Positions 1 to 11,000 of a DNA stretch of 64,000 nucleotides are shown in pieces. The DNA is taken from NCBI RefSeq assembly GCF_963853765.1, contig NC_088857.1, forward strand, positions 56,234,001-56,298,000, given 5' to 3'. Below the pieces are notes generated by a model, which had not been told where the DNA came from, did not search any database, and saw only the letters and a list, made by a program, of their open reading frames with translations. Position 1 is the stretch's first letter. Each line of letters starts with the position of its first letter. The translations under genes and the position numbers were made by a program. The stretch is from Magallana gigas (taxonomy: Eukaryota).

Positions 1-1492
1 TGTATGTTGAAACACTTACAGATTACTGGAGATATTATTGTTTAGCCTGCTCGTTTTTACGATATCACTGTACTTAATTTACGACAATTATGCGTATTTC
101 TTTTTCAGTTCTTATATGTTTACTCCAAGTTGCTGAATGTCAAATGGTTCGGAAGGAAAGATGAGGGGTAGGGGACCTTCTTCCTGTAATCAGTTAAAAA
201 TGACCTGTATATTTAGTTAATCCCAAAATTAGAAATTAAATTCCAAAATTTGTGAATTATAAATATATTTTCAAAGTGCGTTAAGTGTCTCGATAATAAA
301 AATGGTTTGTTCCCGTTTTGCACACATTTGAAAATAAGGTATCGAAACGAAACGTGTGCGAAACGGGAATTTGACCAAGTGAGATAATTGCTAAAGTCTA
401 TATCACAATTCCTGCAAGGGCAATTGACAATAAAATAAATAAAACATATGTACATGTACTCGCAATTGAAATTTACATGTATTTTATGTAACAATATACA
501 TGTAACTTGCATAAAAGCATATTTACATAATTAACATCCATATTCATGAATTTGATTTCAAACATCAATTTGGTCATGAACAATTTCATTATTTTTTTTT
601 AAACAAGAAAGATTATTGCAAAAATGTTGAATATGTAGCGCCTTTGTTAAACTTACTGCCTATAGGAAGTACATGTACATGCTAAAAGTTTGAAGAGAAA
701 ATATCATATGTTAATATTTAATTATTGCTTTTGCTGACATAAATGGAAGAAATGTGTCTAGTGAAAACGCTGCTCAATATTTTTCATTTATGTTGTGTTA
801 TATCTTGAATAATCGAAGAAAATAGACAAACTGTATGATGATAAATAGGCAATTTTATATGCATGCTTCAAAAACTGTAAAGATTAATTCACAAATCCTA
901 TCAAATGTAAATCTAATCCCTGCATTTTCAACCCTTTTCAGTTTGAGGTATATCGCATCAATATTATAATATTATTTTTGTCAGATTTTTTATGTATTTA
1001 ACCTCTGATTTGAAAAACTAGAAAGTGACCCGCCATATACTAAAGCGGTGATGACATAAGAACTACTGTCAAGGTCGCTACTTCAAACATTGAAATATTT
1101 TGTTATAAAGATCTGGGGTCGTATGCATAAAAATTCTAAGAATTTTCTTAAGTTTATGCTTAACTTTCTAAAGAATATTCTCAACTAAGCAATATGCTTA
1201 ATTTACGTTGCATAAAACTTCTAAGCAATATGCTTAGTTGTTCTTAGCTAAGCATATCACAATCTGCTTAAGTATATCGTTGCTATGTCAAACGTCACTT
1301 CCGCTTTCACTTTACTATAAACAAATAACGCATGTGGTTTTAGCCAAATCCCAACAATTTGTCACTGTATCATTTGAAAATAAATTAAATGTAATAATTA
1401 ATATGTTTTTCTATGTTTTATTATGTTTATGGTTTTTGTAATACGGATAATCACTACGCGATATTATCGTCTGCTTTTGACCGGCGTTGAAA

Positions 1493-3331
1493 ATGGCAGA
1501 AAACAAAGATGAGGGTCCTACATGTAGCGTACCGAAGAAGAGGAAACCAAACTGGACGACAGACGAATGTTTATATCTAAGCAAGTTGGTTGATGAAAAC
1601 AAAAGCGTACTTAGGTCTAAATTTGGGGCAGGGGTAACGACAGTTAAAAAAAGGGAAACCTGGGGGAAAATTACAGATGCCATCAATGCCACCTCCTCTA
1701 CCAAACGTTCGGTAGAGGAAATTGAGAAAAAGTGGCACAATATTCAGATGAGAGGAAAGGCGGAGATTGCCGACGCAAGACGCAGTGCCAAAAAAACAGG
1801 TAACGAAACTATACTGTATTGTATCATGCGCGGATCTCGATGGGGCGACCCCCCCCCCCCCCCCGGCAAAATTCATATAGCAAAATTAACAAGATTATGA
1901 CCTATGAGTTTATTTTAAAGTAGACTGATTAAAGCTTTACTCATGACTAGTAAAATGTTATTTCATATGTGAATTATGTAAGAAACCTTTGCATAACATC
2001 ATAGACACATATAACGAATGTCCATGATAAAACAAAACTGATGGATTTCGTACAGTGCGTCGCTTACCGTGACAATTGTGATAGAATTTCCAATATGAAT
2101 TCACTCACACTTTCTTTTTCCATTGCCCAAAATTCCACTTGTTATTCGTATTGAGTATTCTGCATCGTCATAGCCCATTTGCTGAATGACGTAATCAATA
2201 TATTTAGGAGTTGTGCCCCTTAGTTTGTCCACCCCCCCCCCCACCCCTTTCTAATTTCAATAGGGTACAAATATTAAATATTTCCTATAACTGTCACTAT
2301 TTTTATCGAATTTTGAAAACATCCTACTTGTGATATATTTATATATATGACCTTTATCTGGTACACTCTGTCTGCATTTAAGATATGGAGTTCTTGAAAC
2401 TTACGAAGTTTGTGTTTTTGATGCATGGTTTTGCTTTTTTTTTTTACTGGCGGGGAGCATTTCAGAAATAATGATGAATTTAGTATATATATACACCTTT
2501 GGAGACAATAGACATGTGCCTTCAAAATACCTGGGGGGGGGGGGTCTAGTATGACTCCAACATTTCAATATTTCCGTCTTCTCAAGGTATATTTCGGAAC
2601 AATTTTCTTTCTTGCGAGAAAAGGGGGGCTGAACCCTCCATGATGCTATGTGCCTAATGGTTAGGTCTAACTTTAAAAGTTGCAAAAAAGTGAGGGGGGT
2701 AAGCCCCCCCCCCCCCGGTCCCGACGACTATGATAGATAATATTTCCTATGTAATAAAAGGGAAATTTTAATTTAGTGTACATCTGAAATCAATCTTTTT
2801 GACCAAATTTGCAGGCGGTGGACCAGCAGGAAAACCCCTTACCCCATTAGCAGAGGCCGTAGAGAGTGTTATCGGAACTGATAACATCAGCATATCTGGA
2901 ATACCTGGTGCAGTCGATACAACCTTCCTAATGCTTGACAATGAACACAATACAGCAAATATAGCGTATGTTTGATTTGTAATGCCGGGTATATGCTAAA
3001 TTTCACGACTTGTGGTACGTTGCCGTTGGGTTGAACTGATTTTAAAGCATCCCTTAAATCCATTAAATATAAGATCAATAACTTTTTAAAGAAAGAAAAT
3101 CAATACAAATTTATTATTGCTATGCAGCACAAGAACAGTTGAACAGCGGCCTAGTGCAGTGGTCCAAGATCTCCAAATATTACTGCACGGAAGTGCAATA
3201 CATGTAGCTGCAGCATCGATTCCTGTATGGGTGACCTACAGAAGAGAAAATTAGAACTGGAAATAGAAAATTTCACGCTTAGAAATACCCTTGTCAAACT
3301 CCAGATAGAGAGGCTACAGAACGACTCAGAG
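1493..3331 (+). CDS. Harbinger Myb/SANT-like DNA-binding protein (spliced)
   Basis: Exon 1 1493-1799 (KRKPNWTTDE...TWGKITDAIN...EKKW..KKT). Exon 2 2815-2965 (GGGPAGKPLTPLAEAVESVIG..ISGIPGAVDT, typical of Harbinger Myb proteins). Probable last exon 3160-~3331 (QKRKLELEIENFTLRNTLVKLQIERL, coiled coil). GT/AG phases are compatible; the last acceptor and end coordinate are uncertain. Confidence 0.8.
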
Positions 3332-3948
3332 TGATGGATTTGGTGGATACATTACATGATCTAAATATAAATTACATAGTATTTTAAAATATTTATTTTA
3401 TTTTATTGTATATTAAGAAATTATTTATTGTATATGTTGAATATGAAGTTTAAAGTTTTCTACGATAATTGAAAGTGAACATTCGTGTTGTTAACAGTTT
3501 TGATGTTTTATATATAAAGCTATATGCAAAATTTAATTGATGTTTTTAAAAGAAAGAATGTTTCGTTGTGTTTCGGTTTAATATTTTAGGTACATAATGT
3601 ATAAACCTTCTTTAAGTTGTACAATAAATTCAAACGCATTTAAAAGTATTGAATAAAACTATTTCAAATTACATTTATTACTTTCCGGTCCATTAATTCC
3701 ATGTGGTTTCCAACAGAACAAAAATAGCATTTACCGGTGTTATAGAAATGCAGCTTTAAGTTACGAAGAATGGGATTAAACAATAAGTAACACGTTTTCA
3801 TTTGATCATGTATAAATATTCCAGTCCTGTCAGTTTCAGTGGAGCCATGAATTAAAATCGGTTTTCTTAATAAATAGAGGAGATTGCAAATACTAATATG
3901 AAAGAAAAAAAATTAAAATTATTTACATGTACATACCTCATTTGTCAT

Positions 3949-5764
3949 TCAAGTGAAATGGGTTGCGACAATATGGTTTCTGTATGCGCGACCATCAGCA
4001 GTTTGGAAGTCTCCAACTAAGTGGTCTGCATTGTCATTGTCGTCAGGTACATCGTCATTGTCGTCTTCGTCTCCGTGCTCCTGTGGTAGGGGGATGTTAA
4101 AAATCTTCGCAATATTGTCGAGAATTCCACATGCTGTGATGATTTGGCTGACTCGGTCAGGGCTCTGTCGAATTTCACCATGGAGGATGTGAAATCGTCT
4201 CTTCAGTTGCCCGATGGTTCTTTCCACAATTGTTCTAGTGCATTTGTGCGACCTTAATTAATTAATTCAATATCATGAAAGAGAGGTCAAATGGCTTTTA
4301 CGTTATATCTGATGCATTAAATAATAAAAACATAAGAATTTTCCCGAGGTGTGTGTGTGTGTGGGGGGGGGGGGGTCCGATGCCTATTTCGGTATCTTTA
4401 CTACTCTGATATTGGTGGAAGCTCTTTACTGAATCTGTGTTGGGAGGAGGGGGGGGGGGGGGGGGGGGATACGCCGGTACTCTAAAGAAAATCGAACCCG
4501 GGTGGCGGATCCGTTAATAGTAGCATACACTTGCAATTTAAACTGTCGGGTTCGTTATTTCAAATAAATTTATTCATCTTTTTATTTGTAATGGGGATTG
4601 GAGAGTTTTGAGAAAATTGGGACAAGAATGAATCACTCGGGATGTAAAGTCCATTCATATATTAAGGTAAGCTGGCAAAAAAACTTACATGTCTGCTTAA
4701 AGCTGTAGGAGTATGCAATTTTATCAGTAATGTGTAAAACAAGATAATTATATTTCAATACCTCGGTGTCTAAAACTTCGTAACTATTACGTTATTTTTG
4801 TTCTCGAACTGACGGAATAACATAACAATAAGATGACGTCATTTTTGTTGACGTTGCGAACGTTACGTTTAAATTCACTATGAAATAAATGTACATACTA
4901 TTACATCGTTTGATGTAATCTGTTCAGTTAAACTCACAATGTCACTAGCTACTGTAATGTTATAAACAGTAACACTTTATCTATAACGTGTAGTGCAAAC
5001 ATATTAGAATTTATCTACTTCTACATATTTTCAGACCTGTTAAAACGAGACTGTGGTCCATTAGCTGGATTTAAAAATGGAGTCAACAGCCAGTCTTTTG
5101 CAGGGTATCCACTGTCCCCAAGGAGATGACACTTGACAGGCAAGAGACGTCTTTCAAATAGTTGGAAAAGTCCACTTTCTCGAAGGATTTTTGCATCATG
5201 TGTCGCTCCAGGCCAGGTTGAAACTAAGTCAAGAATTCTATGGCTTGCATCACAAACAAGCTGGACATTGATGATGTGAAAGTTTTTACGATTCACATAC
5301 TCTGGTTCATGTTCAGATGGAGCCAGAATGCGTACATGGGTGCCGTCAATGGCCCCAATAACCCCCGGAAATTGTGCGATGCCAAAAAAATCAGCCTGGT
5401 GCTATCTGATCATGTCTGGTTGTACTGGAAAGGATATAAACCTTCTAACAATACGAGGCTGTACGAGAGCAGTGGTCACCCTGTGAATTATTCTCGATAC
5501 AGTGGATTGATGAATACCAAAATTGTCTCCACTGCACAGCTGCATTCGTCCAGTTGCAAAGTACCTCAACGTTACCATAACTTGCACATGTGCTGGAATA
5601 CTATAATTTCTGTTTGTCGGAGGCTCAATAAAATCACAAATTAAATTTGTTATAAAGTCAATACCTTCTTGATTAAACCTAAATCTTGCCTGTAATTCTG
5701 CGGCCGACATGGATCTTAATGGATCAACTCTTGGCTTAAATGTTCTCTTCCTTCTTTCAGCCAT
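3949..5764 (-). pseudogene. Harbinger (HARBI1-like) DDE transposase with one premature stop
   Basis: Exons 5764-5037 and 4252-3949 (phase-2 intron) give 343 codons. Motifs: LRYFATG, FPGVIGAIDGTHV, YVNRKNFH.INVQLVCD, WPGATHD, LLGDSGY, RTIVERTIGQLKRRF. In-frame TAG at 5404-5402; the frame continues unchanged after it. Confidence 0.9.
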
Positions 5765-8068
5765 CTTGGATTTACTTAAGTATATGCTTAAAAACTTATG
5801 ACAAGTAAATACCATGCTTAACTTTAAGAATATACTAAGCATATACTTAAGAGTTGAGAAGTTTTATGCAACATACTAAGCAATATGCTAAGTCAAATTT
5901 CAATCTGCTAAGTACAAATTCTGTACTTAAGAATATGCTTAAGCACTTAAGAATTTTTATGCATACGACCCCTGTTTTCTTTCATAATATTCTTTCTGTT
6001 GATACCAAACAATCAATTATAAACATGCGTTTTACATAATTCGCAACTCAATTGTAAAAAGAGACACGGAGTATCCCAGATGACTGTCCATGAGTTTTCC
6101 CTTTCATCATATAATGATCCATTGAATCAGCTTCCAATTGGCTTTGGACCAGCAATTTTTCCTAATTCATTTGGTTTTATATTTAAGGTAAATGGACAAA
6201 AATGTAAAAGTCAATTTATCTAATCTAATCATTATTTTTTTATCAGACTTTTTAGATAAATCATTATCTTTATTTTATCAAACGAAAAAAATGGTGATAG
6301 TTATTTGTTATTAGACCTAAAACACAACAAAATATCTGTATTCTTCTTGTTTTATCGTTAAGGCACTGATAAAACACAGGTAAAAATCCAGGTAAAATCT
6401 TTGACCGAAAGCAGTCTATAATTGCTATCACAACACAAATCACTCCTATTGTTCTATACCCAGTTATCAAATGTGTGCAAAACGGGAACACACCAATAAA
6501 AATATGTTGATTTTTCATAAAATCGGGAAACCTGCATCTAGAAATAAATAAATATATAGAATTCTGTGTATAATCTCCATTGGTAATCTAAACCGTGATA
6601 ACTTCCAGCAAAATGCATTACATTTTCATTTTATTTATTCTCATATTGTTTATAGAATACATGAAAAGTGTTACTGGAGAATTATGTAATTAAAACTATT
6701 CTTATACAGCGACCACAAAATCAAAAAGACCTCCGCGTTACCACCAGACCTCGCGTCTAACACTTCCATTGGACGTCTTTCAAAACATATATCGCCAAAT
6801 ACATGATTGTATTAGAAAAGTAACTAATTGAAATATTTCTCTTATTTGTAGTACGAAGACCATGTTAAACCAGATAGTCAAATATAAAATAAAATTTAAA
6901 TCGCATACAAACTATGTCCTTAAATATATCCCTAACAGAACCTGACTATTCTAATGATGTCGTGTAAGTGAAATTGATATAGGTTTATCAACTGCGTACA
7001 AAATAGGTCAACCAATTCTTCGGTCATTCAAGAAGAAAAATTATGATAGTATCATGTTTGAAAAATCAACTCTAAAATTCATTATCTTACATCTGTTGTT
7101 TTTTCCGGTCGGTGTTCATTTTTTGTGGGGATGGGGAATTTGTACGCCAAGTCATGAACAAATGGAGACGTGCAGCAGGAAAAGGTATCAATTATGTATA
7201 GCTGCAGGTTTGTAGCCCCCGGTCTGAAAAATTTGGATGGACACGGCAGATAGATAAGAAAAAGTTTCATAATTTTGTGGAAAATTATGTGCATTAACTA
7301 TTTTTCATTATTTCGTACATTGTATCTTATTCTCTCTGCCTTAGTTTTGGAATTAATAATCATACATGTTTTCCAAAAATTACAATTAAAACACCGAGTA
7401 ATGTGATGTATTGGTATGTAATAGTTTCCCTTCATCTCACATCACGTGACTGACATTTAGAATTTGACGATCCATCATAAGGATGATTTATCACCGATTA
7501 TTATTACACAGATTTACACGTGTAACTGTGCTACATGTAAAAGTAAGGTATTAAAATAAAACGGATCCTTTTAGTACTGCTTTTCATTTGTTTTGTTTGT
7601 GGATTTTTATTCCGTAAAACGGTCTTGTTCGTTTACATCATGTTTTTGAGAAAATGATTAGAGCAGGGGTGTGGTTATCATGACCCACGTATAGAAGCCC
7701 ACGTAGTAAAACACGATACAGGGCAGGACCCAAGGGGAAAACAAGCCCAGCCGCCATACCATTGTCTAAATTCTCTGCCCTGCTTACGGAAGTAACTTGT
7801 AAAACACGAGCTAACCATGTACAAGCAACACCAAACAAGGACCCCCATTTCCCGCAAAATGTCCCACTGTCACGTGTAACATGCGGAATTCCTATTAACT
7901 GTCAACATCATCACTTTCAAGTTTATTCCAAACACCAGACCATGGCGATACCTAGGAGCAGTCACATCGAGCCTGCACATGGCTCTATGCGGTGGAAAGA
8001 AATGCATGAGCGCTGATTAAAACGCATAAACAACAGGTGTATTTGATGAGACGCCCATTGTCACTCTA

Positions 8069-11000
8069 ATGCCGTCGAAAATAATGCGTTATGAGGGTTT
8101 TTTGGCACTTCTAATTTCCATTCAAATTCTCAAAGGTGTAGCTCCAAATCTCATCGAAACCCGCGATGGGAAGATTCTTGGAGTATCAGACCAATGGGTG
8201 ACGTCGTTCCTAGGGATCCGTTATGCCCAGAGTCCGGTCAGGGCGCGGCGCTTGGCGCCCCCTGTCCCTGTGGCGCCGTGGAACGGGACACTGAGGGCCG
8301 AGGAATACGGTGCCGCCTGTCTACAGGCCCCGGACAGCTCGGTACACAAGTACCTAAACAACGTCCGGAGCAGCGAGGACTGCCTGAATCTCAACATCTT
8401 CATTCCCAGGGATAGCCCCGGCAAGAACATTCCCGTGCTGATTTTCATTCACCCTGGTCAGTTTCAATGCGGGGCCGCTGCCATGGTGAACGGTTCGTTT
8501 CTTGCCATGGAGACACAGGCTATTGTGGTGACTTTCAATTATCGTCTTGGAGTTTTCGGGTTTGCGTACTCTACTTCACTTTTTTCCGGGAATTATGGGA
8601 TACAGGACCAGATTCTGGCTGTTAAGTGGGTCAGGAGAAACATAGCCTCCTTTGGGGGAGATGAGGATAATATCGCTATTTTAGCAGACTCTAGTAATGC
8701 ACGGATTCTCCGCTATATACCGAAACTATATAAAACGTTTTCAAAAATTGTGTCTCTTCCACTGGATATTCCTTACTCGTTTCCAACGAATCCAACATCT
8801 GATATCGCTGAATCAACTCTAGAGTCAGTTTGCAATGGAACTATTTCACGAGAGTGCTTTGACGGGATTAACCCAGAACAGCTCCTGAATTTAACTCTGA
8901 ATCACTCTCCTTGGTCCTTACCAATATTTGGTCCGATAAATGATGGAGAAATATGGGACAAGCGCTCAGACATCCACAACAACGCCGAGCAAGTTCATCT
9001 AAATGTCGTAGCACCGTCGTATATATATCGGAAGACATCGGTGGTTATCCAGGGGAAACATTACCAGTGTACTCCGAAAATTCTTAAAAACGTCATCCAC
9101 ATGGTCTCAACTATGACGTCATCGAACGTCAGTGTGTTACTGGAAACGTTTTACTTTCCCGATGACGTCACGGCTAACAGCATCTGTAGCGAAGTGCTGA
9201 GGCTTCTGTACGATTACGCCTCTATTTCGTCCATGTTTGACCTTGACCGCGCCAGTAGATCCGCCCTCGTGTTTCTTGCCCTACTGGAACCGTATTACGT
9301 CCTACAGGGCGGGACCAGCGACCCTCTGTGTCTGTTCCGGGGAGGGGGTGAGGGCTGTGACTCTGACGCCACCGCTTCTCTTGTCCTAACAGCAGTCCAA
9401 AGCTTCCTGAAGGACAGGTCAGTGAAATAGTTCCATTTCATAATAATCATAAAGCAAGCGCTGCTTTAGGGCGAAAGTTTGAATTGTATAAAGGGAAAGC
9501 AAATTTGAAAAGTTATTTTCAAGATAGAAATAAGACAGACACTGGGAATATCCGTCACTCTTTTTTTTAAACCAATTTACCAAAGCTGCATAATTCTGAA
9601 CATTAGAGCCAAAATCAAATCAAATGAGTGAATAGAATAGTATTGCTAAATGGACAGTACTCGGACTGGCAATTCAACCCCTCCTCTTTTAAATCCAAAA
9701 TACCTCACTTTAAAAAAAGCTATTATAAGGAGTTTATGCAGAACAAAAAAAAATCTCTTTTTTTTTTTTAAAGAAGATGGGGGGATAAGATAGCGCAAAT
9801 GCCCATTCAGTTTAGTCGTAAAATACAACTTTGAATTTATTTTTTACCAATTTAATCTATTCAATATATTTTAATTCAAGTTTGCAATAGCTCAATTTCT
9901 AACTATATTCAGTTTTTAAATTATTTAACAAAAGATAAGAAAAAAAATGTTGCATTAAATTTCTGTGGTATCGAATCCATAACATAAAAACCCTAGAAGT
10001 TTAAGGTTAGCTTATGTCGGGTGCTCTAACCACTGAGCCATTTCAGACACAACAAAGTCGCGTTTTTAAATACTTTAATTATGTGTCACTTTGGCCTCGA
10101 ATTTACGGACTTGTATAATTTTTTCAAAACGTTCAATTGTTGGAATAGAAAATGGTATTTTTAATGTATAGTGGGTCACCTTTTGATAGGTTTACGTCTG
10201 ATTGAGTCAACATAATCCCGGTATTGAACAGATTTATAGGTTAAAAATCAATTTAATGTTAAATATAAATTGTTTTAAATGATTTTTTAAGAAATATCAG
10301 ATTGATTTGATATTCTAATTTTTCAGTATCTTGTCCGATCGTGCATGGGCATTTTACACGCCTTATTCATCCATCTTCTTTAAACCCATCGTACCCGCAA
10401 ATTCATTACTAGCATCATCTAAATGTTTTGAGCAGTTACCCGAATTCAGTACCTTACAGTATTACCTGAATGTTTTGAGCAGTTACCCGAATTTATTATC
10501 ATAGTATTACCTGAATGTTTCAGCAGCTACCTGAGTTCATTACCTTAGTATTACCTGCATGTTTTGAGCAGTTACCCGAGTTCATTACCTTATAGTATTA
10601 CCTGAATGTTTTGAGCAGTTACCCGAGTTCATTACCTTACAGTATTACCTGAATGTTTTGAGCAGTTACCCGAATTTATTATCATAGTATTACCTGAATG
10701 TTTCAGCAGCTACCTGAGTTGAATACCTTAGTATTACCTGAATGTTTTGAGCAGTTACCCGGGTTCATTACCTTAGTGTTACCTGAATGTTTTGAGCAGT
10801 TACCCGGGTTCATTACCTTATAGTATTACCTGAATGTTTGAGCAGTTACCCGAGTTCATTACCTTATAGTATTACCTGAATGTTTTGAGCAGTTACCCGG
10901 ATTCATTACCTTAGTATTACCTGAATGTTTTGAGCAGTTACCCGAGTTCATTATCTTAGTATTACCTGAATGTTTTGAGCAGTTACCCGAGTTCATTACC

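Larger units (their letters stand above)
1116..5971. mobile_element. Full-length PIF/Harbinger DNA transposon (two convergent genes)
   Basis: 22-bp perfect TIRs GGGTCGTATGCATAAAAATTCT (1116-1137; reverse complement ends 5971). 3-bp TSD CTG at 1113-1115 and 5972-5974. Contains a Myb/SANT ORF (+) and a DDE transposase (-) arranged tail-to-tail, the canonical Harbinger layout. Confidence 0.95.

Noticed and set aside
7638-8016. Short ORFs upstream of the esterase-like gene
   Set aside because: No recognisable motifs or consistent splice signals; probably promoter or UTR sequence.
10328-10505. Possible alternative exon 2 (SILSDRAWAFYTPY...) after TTTTTCAG
   Set aside because: Phase-compatible, but it runs into the array and stops with no donor; kept only as a possible truncated isoform.
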